A stretch of 64,000 nucleotides of DNA from Dicyema japonicum (GCA_011109175.1 RDEW01000040.1:310001-374000); one strand, 5' to 3'. Shown: positions 13,601 through 26,530, numbered from the stretch's first letter. The notes: generated from the sequence alone by a model not told the origin. Numbers and translations: made by a program.

Positions 13601-14178
13601 TGTGAGATTGCAGCTTCGCCTAAATGTGCTGCCTGGAATTAGCTTTCGCTCTTAGTGGAACCAGAAATAAAGTTTCCCTTAAGACCACTTTATATTGTCT
13701 AATAGCGGGGGGGATATATTATATTTTTATTAAAATCGATATCTTCCAGCACGTGGCAAATTTAAATTAAACTGTCAGCCCCAGTTTCGCTAATTAAAGC
13801 TGGCGACTTGGAGAAGTGCAAGTCAGGTCGTCCCAGAGATCCTCCAGTTTCAGGCCGAAGTAAACTTATATTGGAAGTAATTATTGGAGAAGTCAAGTTT
13901 TTCTGTCACAGTGAATTTATAGATTTGTATATTTAAATTGCTGGGGACCCCAGAAACGGGGGAAATTTATAAAATGTAACTTTGCTGGACCACCAATCGA
14001 TAATGACGTCAATGACCTCTGTTGCATGACAGATGATGAATGCCTAAGTTCTTTCAGATTTTAAAGCAGGAGATGTTGAGATTTAAATCAAACTAAAAAT
14101 TCCCGTGCATCCGATGATTCTTCAGTTCCTATAGAGTTCTTATATATCGTTCTTGCACATGGACTTTTCGAACAGTGC

Positions 14179-14251
14179 TAGCCAAAATAATAGAATCAAA
14201 TAAATTTTGCGGGCTAAATGGCGGGAAATTTTGTTTATTTGAAATGGTCGA
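14179..14251 (+). other. 73-bp inverted copy of an exon segment from the 21.9-23.8 kb gene
   Basis: About 70/73 identical to the reverse complement of 23165-23237. Confidence 0.85.
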
Positions 14252-14469
14252 CCAATTTGTATTACTAACATATGACACAAATTATGTTGTTAATCTATCG
14301 GAAAGTTGAGGTGGGAGTAAGCAATATTTGCCTCCTCCTACTTAATAGCCGGTGGTCTTCTACAAGTTAATGGGGCCAAGATAATTTAACTAAGGTTGAG
14401 GTGATGACGTGTCTTTATTGATTTTTTCTTAATCATGGTGGATCGACCCTTCTCGTCAGTATAGCTAAA

Positions 14470-16200
14470 ATGACAGACTTGGGAGACATCGGAAACCCCA
14501 AGTTCTGGACAAAGGAAGTATTGGATGAACTAAGCTTGAAGGCTGAGTTGGTGATATAACTCTGATACACTTGATGGTTTCATCTACCTCTATAACCTCC
14601 CATTCTTAACCTCCATTCGGGATACATCGAAACTCAAAGTTTTGAGGTGAAGAAGCATCCGATTATATCTGGGTTCGAATCCTGTCTGGAGGAGCTTGGA
14701 TAAGAACCGTAATCCTTAAAGAAAGAATTATTAGTCATTAATTCCTCGAAAAAGGACACTACATTCTTGCATCAAGTTAGCCACGTGGTTAATTGGTTGG
14801 AAGGTTTAGGTGGTGTCTACCTCGATTCACTATGAGCGAAATCCGTTGTTTTCCATCTTCCCCTGGCCATTGACGAAATGAGGGACTCAGGAGACATCAG
14901 AGACATCAAGTTCTGAACAAAGGAACTGTCGAATGCACGTATGGTCAGGGTTCGAATCTCCCCCAGCCCAAAATTGGCAGAAATTGTAGAATCATTTGTC
15001 AGAAGCTTTAAGTCGACTACTTTGCGCCTAAAGAGCCGTGAAATTTTGTCAACAAGACAAATATACAGAGATTTGTCAGCCATTTTTTCTCAGACATCCA
15101 TCCCCCGTCAACTTCCTGTGTAGATACAGGCGGAGACACTTCCGGGAAACGGTGTGATCTTCAAATGAGCACATGGGAATTCTTGATCATTTAACTAGTT
15201 CGTTACGGTACCTTCTTTCTCGGTGTATCTCATAAAATAATGCAAATAAAAAAAATAAAATCAGTAATTTTTCTTTTTTAAATTTATTTTGTGGTTTTTA
15301 TGAATTAAAAAAAAGATAAATTATTATGTTTGGTGGCTAACTTGCCCTACTTATATCCAAATTAGTCTACATCACTCATATTACCATATCTGTCTCTTCA
15401 AAGAACAAGGAAACCCACGCGGGGGACTACCAGTTTCTCCTAAAGAAGGACAACTTAATGTAATTACTCGAAACATTTCGGAAGGCGGTGAGGTCACTGA
15501 CGGTCCACCTGAGGAGAGTGCCGGAGTCACTAGAAGCTGGGATCACTTAAGTAACTCATTTTGGCACTTTCTTTCTTGGTAGTCTATCCCACATATAGCC
15601 TAATACTGGAATCCCCATTGTATTTGCTGGCTACTTATCAGTTCGATCCCATCGGTTAGGGATACAAGTCACCGAGTCCAGTAAATACTGGAATAGGTCC
15701 TCTGAATGAGGAACGTTGTGGATACAGGAATTTGGTGGAAACACCTAAAATTCATCCTCTGTGATGAGGAATGCCGGGATCGCATAACTAATTAGGCTTA
15801 ACGACTAGGCCTAGGTCGTGATACTACAGCCCCACAGTTACCAATGGATAAAATTGAACAATTTTGATTTTCTTTCAGCGAATGGGGTAATTAATTCTCC
15901 GTGAAATATACACTAAGAAATCCCCGATAATTGTCTCCAATTTTGTATTTCCCATAAATATCATCATTTCTCCCCCATCTTACGGGTTTAATCAGGACTT
16001 TATTACTCAAACACAGGAGCACGTCAACATAACCTCATGATGGATGAAGTCTAGTAAGAATGGTCGAAGTGGTGGACTCAGGAGACCTCGGAAAGTCGAC
16101 GTTCTGAAGAAAGGAAATGTCGGATGCCTGTAGGATCCGTGTTCGGGCCTCGTTAAGCCTAAAATTGTATTAACTGTGAGGATTAAGTGAAATCACATTC
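14470..16200 (+). mobile_element. Cluster of LINE thumb-region and 3'-tail fragments
   Basis: Several GGAGACATC..AAGTTCTG.ACAAAGGAA.TGTCG copies. Tails at about 15210 (CTTCTTTCTCGGTGTATC) and about 15540 resemble the family B 3' end. Confidence 0.55.
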
Positions 16201-16603
16201 TCACCGCGAACCCCCAAGTTCATCCAGAACCAAGAACACAACTACCTCTTATCCACCAAAATTATAAATGCCAAGATTAACCCAATTAAGTTAACCGATG
16301 ATCCTCAATTATGATTCACTTCCATAACAAGCCTGATCTCTAATCTCGAAATCACCACTTTTGCCAAATAAAAATGCATTAAAACTCAACTCCCCAAGAA
16401 CTGGAGAAATTCCCTATTACTGACTTAGTGTAGTGCCTGTCTCTACACGTGGTAGGAATCAAGGTTTAGGCTCAATCTCCCAAAGGATCGTTATGAGTTT
16501 CTACTAGCACTGACCGTTTGTGTAAAATTTTGAGAATAAATTTATAAAAATTAAAAATGTTCGATTAAGTAAAATCTTTTCAAAATCACTTAGACGTAAG
16601 TGG

Positions 16604-17571
16604 CTACTCCGGTTGAGTCATGTCAAATTTTTTGAAGTCGAGACCCATTCATTGGAGTTTGATAGAGATTCGATCATGACAAAGCGATGATTCATAATAA
16701 TGTCACTTGGGAAGATATGACATTCTTGCCTGAATAGTGACTCCCGTGGCTTCATCACATCCGGTTAACAGAACGAGGATTTCAAATTGGGCGTTTTCAT
16801 CCCATTTATGATCATAGTGTAAAGAGGACTTTCCTGAGTGATCCGGTGGGCAACAAGAACTGGGGTGCAGAATTCAATTTCCTGGGAGACGTTATCTTCC
16901 CCAACTTCCATGTTTATAGAATCCAACAAAACCGTCTCATTTTCGTCAGTCACAGTGGAATACAAATATTTGAGTACAACTTGGCAGTCAACTAGTCCGG
17001 TGGACTGCATATTGGCTGCCCTGAAGACAAAGCATGGAAAAGAGTCCCTCTGACATATTACAGCATTTTTAGAGAATAAAATGGTTTGTGCCCGATTGTT
17101 ATTTTTGGAGAATCTGTCATACATCATTCCAACCATCAGAGCCTGAATAATGATTCCAATACAGGACTGGAAGACCAAGACGACGTATGAACTGAAGCAG
17201 TTCTGTTTAATGTGACGATGGCCATATCCGATGGTCCTTTGAGTCTCCAATGAAAGCAGGAATGCGGAATAAAACGAATCAACATTAGCGAGGCAGTCCC
17301 TTTTGGATAACTGATACCAAAAGAACCCGAAAAAGAGCCAGGATATTATAAAGACGATGGGATATATGAGGCACACTTTCCACCAGGACAGATCAAGAAA
17401 GGTGTTGTAAATATCCTTTATTTTCCTGGTATATCCCCACCCAGACATCCTCATTTTATATTGGCCGTTCCTATTGAGAATCCTCTCCCTTCCTACGGCC
17501 CCAACGTAGTTTATTTCGTTGGTAGATGACTGTTCATCCATATTATATTTCTGTCCATCAGCAACCGTCAA
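16604..17571 (-). CDS. Inward-rectifier K+ channel, paralog A (intronless, frameshifted as assembled)
   Basis: LSLETQRTIGYGHR, FSKNAVI, SPLY, FEILVLLTG and ARMSYL. Four single-base changes at homopolymers (17570, 16801, 16709, 16644) restore the ATG and a full frame. Confidence 0.88.
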
Positions 17572-17647
17572 TCAACTTATAAGAATGTACGTGATTAGCG
17601 CTATGATAAACCGATAAAAATTAATTCTAAAGACCCAATTAAATATG

Positions 17648-18616
17648 TCATTTTTGTGGAATCGTCTTGTCGAAGCACTTTACATCTGCCGTCCAGTCGG
17701 ACCCACTTAGTGAAAAAATGTTGGAAAAACGGTGATTCCACAACACCTCGTACGACTTGTAGGAAGTACGGGACTTTACAGAATGGCCGATTGACTCGCT
17801 GATCCCAGTAGCGATGGCGATTATCTCACACCCCTCAAAAATGAATGAAGTTCTGGTATATCGGTAAAGTGGACTTGTTTCGTCGATTAAATGGGTCACT
17901 GTTATAGGCCATCCGGAATCACAACAGCTCGAATCAAAGTTTGTGGACAGTCGTTTGAAGTAAAACGGAATTATCTCCCCCTCTCGAGTCTTCCTTGAAT
18001 ATACGAGAAACATCTTGACGCTTGTGGCGATTATCTGAGACTTTTGTAAGTTGAGGATTCGACAGATCAGATATCGACGTCCATTTCTTTTACAGACAAC
18101 TGCATTTTTGGAAAAGGTCCACGTCTTTGCCCGCGAAAGAGGGATGAAATCTTCATGAAGGCCAATCCCAGAGTTATCGACTCGATATAAATTCCAAAAA
18201 TCGTCTGCAACATCAGAATAAGTCCTGAAGTATAGCATTGGTTCCCAATAAACATATCTCCGTACCCCACAGTGCTCTGGGTCACTATTGAGAAGATCAT
18301 GGCTCCTAAAAACCCTTTCAAATTGTAAACACACGTGGTTTTTGAATCGCTGTGGATAACAACGAGATACCAGATAACGGCAAAAATATTCCAGACGATC
18401 ACATAAACGTCAAAAGAAAGACGAATATGTAAATCCACTTCCACATGAGGAGGGTGGTCACAAAATCATGGAACAAATACTTGGTCTTAGACCCTGATAT
18501 TTGCAGTTTGAATTTCCCCCGTTTGTCCACCAATCTGATGTCTGTTCGCCAAAATTTATATTTCCGTCAAAAGAAAACGCATTTCTGTTTTTTAGAATCG
18601 CTTCTGTGACGGTCAT
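17648..18616 (-). CDS. Inward-rectifier K+ channel, paralog B (intronless, frameshifted as assembled)
   Basis: RLVDKRG, DFVTTLL, TQSTVGYG, FSKNAVV, HLIDETSPLY and SRTSY..EVLWNHRF. Three added T residues (runs at 18551, 18405, 18136) join the frames with exact Kir spacing. Confidence 0.88.
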
Positions 18617-19699
18617 ATAAGTGGAGGTATCATTGTCTATGGAAGCCTACTAAAAATTCCCCAAAGACTAACGTTACTCGGTTTCTCTGTGAGAGGAATG
18701 TGAGTTATGCTTCATAATTGATTTCAGCCTTGTTATTATAAATCTGCTTGGCTGCATTATTTTATATCCTTTATTAAATTTTAGATTAAATTTAAATATT
18801 TTTAAATTTATAATTTTATTTAATAATAATTATTAATTTTTAAGTCTTCAATATGTTCCAGTTTTTAACATTCTTGGTTTGCAGCTATGGAACATGGAAC
18901 GATTCACTGCCTAACAAACGACCTTTTTCATGGTATCTTGAATTGGACGGTGGATTCTAATAACTCCAGAGGACCATTGGTCAAATAATTAGCGAATAAT
19001 GGTCAAATGACAGTATCTTTAATATATGGGATTCGTATCAGTATCGGGGACAAAAGGAAATCATAGATCACTGTTTAGTTAACTTTACTCCACTTTATTT
19101 GATCTCTGTTAATAATAATTCAAGTCCCTTATCATAATCACTGTAATTTATATTATATCAGGGATATTATCAGCTATTTTAAAGATATCAGACTATATCA
19201 ATGATTATCACATAAACAGTGATACTAAAATCTGTTTGAGGAATGTCATTGACATTTTTTGGTAGACACGGACCAATGGCTTCGGTTTCCTGCGTTTCGG
19301 CAATAACCAGAAAACCCAGTGGAAACAAAGTCGTTCATTGGGGGAATGCCAGTCGGTCTGACAAAAGGTAATCCGATCGATTCGCAAGGTACTTCTTGAA
19401 AAAAATGATTTACTCTGAGATCACCGATTAGTCGCCTTCAACAACTTTCTTTTTCTCTGGGTTTTAATAAATATGTGCTAATGTTTGCCGGAAGATAATC
19501 TAAGTAACTTTAATGCTTGTTAGCTCAAGTAATTGTTAAATGTGTCTGAATGAATAAAAATTGACGAAAAATAAATGGAATTTTAGGAATTTTAATATTT
19601 TTATTGGAATATACTAAAAAGAACTAAGTCATATTAGTGCTGCCAATGTCGTGGGTTCGAATCCGAAAAATTGAATTTTCAACGAAGGTCAGTTCTCAT

Positions 19700-20335
19700 C
19701 AAACAGATCTCACCCTTGATGCGACGTGTAGCTCTGGCACAGCAAGGTGTTTAAAGAGATCTTCCCACCCTTACCAAGTACAGAAATCTTGATATACGCT
19801 GATGACGTCATAATTTATGATGTCTCTTTAAACCCTTTGGTATCTGAGAAACGGTTGAAGACATACATGGACCAGATCAAAGATTGGTGTACTGAAAACT
19901 CTTTTAGTTGCACATGAGAAGTCTCGTCTGGTGAGGATAGCTGGAAGCAGGAGGCTGATTAACCTAAAGAACATGTTACAAGACTTACCTCGGAAGAAGT
20001 CTAAGCTTGGGGATAAGTGCTGTTCCTCAGTAACCTGGATTCGACTTTCACACTGTTACCTACTTGGTCGAAGGACTTATTGAGGAAGGTTGGGTGTTAA
20101 AGGAGTACTAAAGGCGAATTTGGGAGCTATTGGAGGCTAGGATCACCTAATTAGTGAGTTTTACCTTTCTTTTTGGTGGTCTTTGGATTCTTTCGAAGGA
20201 CTTATTGAGGAAGGTTGGGTGTTGAAGGAGTACTAAAGGCGAATTTGGGAGCTATTGGAGGCTAGGATCACCTAATTAGTGAGTTTTACCTTTCTTTTTG
20301 GTGGTCTTTGGATTCTTGAATAATAAATAAATAAC
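19700..20335 (+). mobile_element. L2/CR1/Jockey-like LINE 3' portion with TAA-rich tail
   Basis: LIYADDVII near 19795; 3' end AGGCTAGGATCACCTAATTAG..CTTTCTTTTTGGTGG..AATAATAAATAAATAAC; includes a tandem duplication of about 126 bp. Confidence 0.65.
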
Positions 20336-20344
20336 AACGTCCAT

Positions 20345-20500
20345 CCATATCCGTAATTGTAAGGACCCCTTCGGTGGAATAGGAAAGAGATTTCTGGATG
20401 CCAGGCAGGCATTGGGCGCCTCCTAGGACAGGTAGATCACATGAAGCCTCTTAAAATTTTAAAAAGGGACAGAGCAGAACGGAATCCCTCAACCAGGTAG
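20345..20500 (-). mobile_element. SINE-like family B, partial
   Basis: GGCATTGGGCGCCTCCTAGGACAGGTAGATCACATGAAGCC core on the + strand reading. Confidence 0.6.
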
Positions 20501-20539
20501 GTAGCAACGTGTGAATCGAAGCCACTCAAGGGACTCCTA

Positions 20540-20760
20540 CTTAATACCCAAGCTCACCAGCTAATAACCAAACTTTAGTCGCAATCGCCTTCGAAACCTC
20601 TGGATCGGTTGGAAAAACTATAATGGAGTCATTAATTAAATTAGGAATACATTCGCGACACCCTTGAACGGAGATAGTTCTATTAGCTCCTTGTTATTCC
20701 CATCGTCCGCGGCAGTGTTCACTATCTCTTGGCAACTGGAGTCCGATTTGTTTATATTTT
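20540..20760 (+). mobile_element. CRE-clade 3' relic
   Basis: QTLVAIAFETSGSVGK..LIKLG. Confidence 0.55.
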
Positions 20761-21349
20761 TTGATAAATATTTTGTCGCGAGCGCTGAGTATAGATTAAT
20801 CTTAGGTAATAATAATTATTATGAGTAAAAGTATTTTATAAAAGATTTACACCAATTTTTTGCTGGCATACCATAATTTTTGACAATAAAATCAAAAAAC
20901 TAACTCACATCAAGATGTCCTAATGTTTAATAAAGTTACCATAAATACTACTGAAGAGTACAACATGATAAAATGCATGCTGGAGGGACAAGACCTGAAT
21001 GTATCAGCAACTCGGAAGTATATAAAAGTTTTTATTTAATTTTAATAAAAATTTTAGAAGGAATAAGCAGGAATTTAGTATTATCGTCGTATGCTCCTAT
21101 GTGGTCGTATGTACGCACGTTCCGGAATTTGCTTCCATACTCCCCTTATACCTAATATGAAGTGTGGAAAAATAATATTTATTACATGTTATTTCTAGGC
21201 GAGTTGTCTCTGACCGATTCCAAAGAGTATCGTGCGTTCCGGAATTTGCTCCCATACTCCCCGTATACCTAATGTGAAGTGTGGAAAAATAATATTTATT
21301 ATTTGTTATTTCTAGGCGAGTTGTCTCTGACCGATTCCTAAGAGTATCG

Positions 21350-21760
21350 TGGTATCCCTCGTTTCAACACTGTTGTGGAATCAGATGTTTAGGAAAATCC
21401 AAAAAGTTTTAATATGGAAGAATTGGAAGTTGTAGAAAATCCCGACATAGTAAAAGTTTTTTATTGTTTTTTATAAGTAAAGATGATAAGTACCTGGATA
21501 ATTTTAAGAGGGTGAATTTGCAGTCTTCATATTATAGAAGAATGAATAGGAAGATGGGAGTGCATCGATCAAAATATGAGTTAGATGTTGGAGATATTGC
21601 ATTCTATTTTTAATTACTAAAAGCTTCGTATTCAAAAAGATTATGGGACGAATCCTTCTCTTCGATTAAAAAAATTTGAACATTCGTATGGAGATTCAGT
21701 AACTATTGTCGAGAAATTGTCTAATAATTTTATCAAAGTCGAAGATAGTGCTTAACTTTG
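21350..21760 (+). mobile_element. Integrase C-terminal relic (Ginger/Gypsy-like)
   Basis: YYRRMNRKMGVHRSKYELDVGD..KDYGTNP..KKFE..IVEKLSNN resembles post-core integrase tails. Confidence 0.4.
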
Positions 21761-21892
21761 ATGTAATAGATTATTTTTATTTTTGACGATGATTGACAGT
21801 GATGGATCACTCTCAGCTCTCGCGACATATTTGGTGATTAAAAAATAAACTTCATAAAAAATAAAAATAATAAAATACAATTTTATACACAA

Positions 21893-23838
21893 CTAATCAG
21901 CAATACACTCATCCGGACGAGTTACCGAATAACTCGCAATTATGCAGTCCAGAAACTCCTCAGGAGACAACTCCTCCTCAACAGCTGTCAGTCTAGTGAG
22001 TACTTCACAATAGTCCTCCTCCACAGACAGGCCAACTCCACACCTCAAAAGAATCCCCCTTAGTCTCTCAAGCCAGACGATATATTCCCTGTTCTCCCTC
22101 AATTCAAAGTCACCCACGTGAAATTTGTCTGCCACAAAGTCCTAAAATAACCATAGTAACCACATTATGAGCAAACAAGTCCCCCACAGCCACCGACAAA
22201 CTGTCAAAGGTGGATTCACAGGCCAATAGCTCCAATATGAGGACGCACATGTCCTGAGAGGTCCTCGTTTCGTCAGTGAAGGGCAGAATCATTAAATTCC
22301 ACAACATCGGGACCACAAGCGAAATAAGCGGGTCCCAAAGACTTCCATGGTTACGAATAGTGAGGATTATGAACCTCAGCTCCACTAATAACAAACCAGT
22401 CAAGGTCTGAGAGGGAAGACACTCCAGCCAGTGCCCCAGCCTATCCAAGACATCCTCACTACCAGCCGCAGCAGTATAAACCGACTCCATCAGCATGATC
22501 TACACTATTTGTTAAGAATTGACCCTTCCAGTTTCCGATGGCATCTCCAACCGCCTTATCTTAGCCAAAAAGTCCAGGAGTTCATCACGGAGGAAAAAAT
22601 GGGGGACAAATTTGATGAGATTTGAGGCCAATTGAATGTTGAACAAGTCCATATGGTAATTTTTTGCGAATATGAAGATATTTATCGAATCTACGACAAA
22701 TGAACTAAGGGACGTTCTCCCAACATCATCCTAAAGTGAGTAAGGAGTCTACCAGATGCTTTGGGGACAGGTTTTCGCACAGTAGTAAAAAGGTGGTTTT
22801 GTAGAGGCGGGAGAATTTATTAATTCCATGGAAAATGTCCTTTTCTCCGCGGTCGCAGATGTGGTTTATAACGGAAATGGCGAATTGGCTCCAAATGGTC
22901 AGATTTTTAGAAACCCCGACCGGAATATCACTCAAAGTTCGAATTGCATTGCAGACAACGGATACGCAGTTCTGTGAGTCCCAATTTTGGGAGAATAAAG
23001 ACACATCAACCGAGGATCTGGATAAGTAAATAGCAAACCCAAGCATAATATTACACAGTATAATACTCCGGATACTGTTGGACGAAAACGAAAGGATTTG
23101 AAGACATAATTCAGCAATTTTAGGGGGAATAATGTTAGTTTTTTTGTAAACATTAAAAAGCAAATCGACCATTTCAAATAAACAAAACTTCCCGCCATTT
23201 AGCCCGTCAAATTTATTTGATTCTATTATTTTGGCTAACCACTCTTCAAAAAATTCAAAAGAATTGCACACGTGGGTTAAATGTGAGAGATATTTAAGGG
23301 ATTTTTTCATCACATATATATTTTTATCGATCGGAGAATATTCAGGGGCTACATAACTACGCTAAAATTATTTTGGCTAACCACTCTTCAAAAAATTCAA
23401 AAGAATTGCACACGTGGGTTAAATGTGAGAGATATTTCAGGGATTTTTTCATCACATATATATTTTTATCGATCGGAGAATATTCAGGGGCTACATAACT
23501 ACGCTAAAAACCTTCAATTATTTCATTTTTTGATAGCAGTATGTCCAGGCAGGCAAACAAGCAAAACTGGATCTCCGGAGTGTCCACGTGGTTACGGTAT
23601 AAATCCAAAAGTTTGTCTGCTTTGTTTAGATGGGCACAGACGATCATTTCAAAGTACACTAGTTTGATATTGTTCATGTCATCCATCAACGGAGCTTCAC
23701 TTTCTGTTTGATTAAATCACCCAAACTGCATTCAGAATTTGCATAGATCTTAGCTAGTTTAGCAATAATCGATTCCTCGCTCAATACTAATGGAATATTG
23801 TCGATTATGGAAAAAAGTTGAAGAAATTTGTCCATCAT
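21893..23838 (-). CDS. Uncharacterised alpha-helical (ARM/HEAT-like?) protein, 6 exons
   Basis: Five GT-AG introns (23,21,22,24,22 nt) join ORFs 23504-23689, 22726-23313, 22110-22496 and 21893-22135 into one frame once the 139-bp duplication 23229-23506 is collapsed. Family not recognised. Confidence 0.75.
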
Positions 23839-23904
23839 GTGGCTTGATTTATTTTAAATAATTATTAATTTTTTAAATAAATAAAAATAACAGAAATTTA
23901 AATA

Positions 23905-25640
23905 AAATTTCGTAGAGTTGTTAGAAGGATTATGGGCCTGAGATTTTCTACCGGTCTAACCGACTTCCCAAGTTTTTGTATATGCATCAGAAATCCCTTC
24001 TCTAGTGGGACAGGCATGTGTTTCATAAAAATATCGTTTAGAAATCTGCATAGGTTGATAAGCCAGTGAGGGCAGTGAATGTTTCAGAAGTTCCCCGTTG
24101 ATACCGTCAATTCCCGGACTCCTATTGTTTTTCAGTTTTTGCAGAGCCGTTTGTATATCCGCTACCGTAATTGGCTTTGTCAAAGATCTAGGGTGTCCGA
24201 CAAATTGGATTATGCGTTCGTCGTCACTCCTGAAGAGTGATTCAAAGTGATCAGCAATATTCTCTGCAACTTCTTTTTTGTCTAGTATTTAGAAAAAAAT
24301 TTTTCCACTGTTGACAAATCTCTGGGCCAAAGTGGTTTTAGAAGAGGAAGATTCACGGTGGATATCGTATGGACACAGATGGATATGCGCCATGACGCAG
24401 AGATTCCAGAAAGCAGTTTACTTAATGTGGATTGATCTCTCAAAAGCGTTCGATATTGCACGGAGAGGAAAACTAATGTTGTTACTTGGTACGTTGCTGG
24501 ACGAAGACAGCCAAAGGATGATCCGGGTCTTACTTGCGGACATTGAAATACATGTCTGGGTCGATCCCGTAAATTTGAGACACATATTGGCACTCCTCAA
24601 TTAGATTCTTTATCGCCACTACTATTTGCTGTCTATCTGGAAGCCGCCCTTCGGGACCTACGTGCCAAAACTGGGGCGACTTCGATCATAGGACTAATTT
24701 ATGCGGATGAAGTAGACTTTGTTTTTGAGGACATAAATGAGATCATGACTGTTCTAAATCATGCTCCCGGACCATTAGCGAAATGGTTTTTGAAAATGAA
24801 CCAACAAAAGACAGAGGTCAGATGAGAAATGGAGAAGAACAAAGAAAGTCGGCTCACTACTCGGTGGTTGGGAAAATGTTTAGCTAAGGAAAATGCTATC
24901 GATTGTTGCACTTGAGACTAAAATCCACATGGCTAAAATACTCACACGTCTCAACATATATTAATGTGATTATACAATGCATTTATTTTGCCTAATTTGC
25001 TATACAACTCAGGAACGTGGGGTTTGAATCAAACTTGTACTGAAAGCCTGAATGCTTTTCACAGAAAACAACCGAAATCCCTATTGGATATACGCTATCC
25101 GAAGATGATCAACCAGAATTTATCCACTACCTGTAAATCTGAAAGCTTGGAGACCACTGTAATGAAAACTTGATGGGGATTATTTGGGCATATATTGAGG
25201 ATGGACCCTGCTGCTCCCGCAAATGACATCATGGAATTATACTTCATAAGCACTGGTTCATTTCGNATGTTATTCACAGAAAACAACTGAAATCCCTATT
25301 GGACATAAACTATCCGAAAGTGATCAGCTACCAGAACCTATACACTACTTGTAAATCCGAAAGCTTGGGGACCACTGTAGCGAAAATTCGATGGGGATTA
25401 TTTGGGCATATGTTGAGGATAGATCCTGCTGTTTCCGGAAATAAAATCATGCAACTATTCTTCCTAAGCACTGGTTCATTTCGGGGCAGACCACGGACAA
25501 CACTTCCTCTGACCTTAAATAACGACCTAAAAATGCAAAATGCAACTGGAAAACCTTGATGACCTAGACGATTTCTGAAAAATCGCAATCTCAAAAGGAC
25601 CGTGGATGGCAAGAATTATCCGGGGTGCGGCACAAGCGAC
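23905..25640. mobile_element. RTE-type LINE with inverted 5' segment
   Basis: 23905-24295 on minus encodes KNNRSPGIDG..ENLRPIILL. 24300-25640 on plus continues QSGFRRG, IDLSKAFD, LSPLLF..YLE, YADEV, LLYNSGTWG and RGRPRTT. Confidence 0.85.
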
Positions 25641-25914
25641 GTCAATTGATTAACTATATTGTTGTTGCGAATGTGCATTATAATTATTATTACTAATGTA
25701 CCCCTGTCTACTTTGAAACTGCACTAAGAGAGTTTAGGGCCCTGGTTGGAAACAGTAAATCCTGACAAAACGGGCGACGTCAATTGATTAACTATATTGT
25801 TGTTGCGAATGTGCATTATAATTATTATTATTAATGTACCCCTGTCTACTTTGAAACTGCACTAAGAGAGTTTAGGGCCCTGGTTGGAAACAGTAAATCC
25901 TGACAAAACGGTTT

Positions 25915-26530
25915 TTACATCGCGGAGATCAGACGAGTCATGGAGATAACAAATGAAGGTGGTCTCGCTTTTAGAAGACTCTGAAGATGTTATTCGTAAA
26001 AAGATCCTTGCTATGAGTGACTGAAAAAAATATCGTCAATATGAGGCCACAAGAAGAGGATAGGATTAAATACCAGGCTTAGAATACACAAAGCTTTTGT
26101 CATCCCGGTACTAACCTACAACTCTGAGACTTGGGGAACAGGAAATGTACCGTCTTGACTCTTTTCACAGAGCTCAGTTCAAATCGGTAATCAAGATTAA
26201 CTGACCAATAAAGATCTTTAATGCAAACTTTTATAATAAGCGCAAATCCTATGTTCTGTCAAATGATGTTTTCAAATCAAGATGGAGCCTCTTTGGCTAC
26301 GTGTTATGTCTAAATGACCAGATTCGCGCAAATTTCGCAATGAATAACTACTTTGCACATACAGGAACCGATTCCGTGGAAAACCAAGAACGACACTTCC
26401 GACTATCTTGAATGAAGACCTGTCGGCGGTTGGTATGAGACTAACTTCATCGGACGACCTGGACGACCTATGAGAACTAGAGCGCAACAGAAGATCATGG
26501 CCAGGGCTGAAAAAAACTGGATAATGTAAA
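25915..26530 (+). mobile_element. RTE-type LINE 3' relic
   Basis: LTYNSETWG, RWSLFGYVL and FRGKPRTTLP. Confidence 0.75.

Noticed and set aside
14660-14960. GGTTCGAATC motifs suggesting tRNA genes
   Set aside because: They fall inside the recurrent LINE thumb-region sequence, and other copies lack the motif.
18850-19260. Possible small secreted-protein gene (MFQFLTFLVCSYG..)
   Set aside because: Frames close quickly, and no consistent GT-AG micro-intron model joins them.
19630-19672. GTGGGTTCGAATCC B-box
   Set aside because: No A box, D arm or acceptor stem. At most a tRNA or SINE head fragment.
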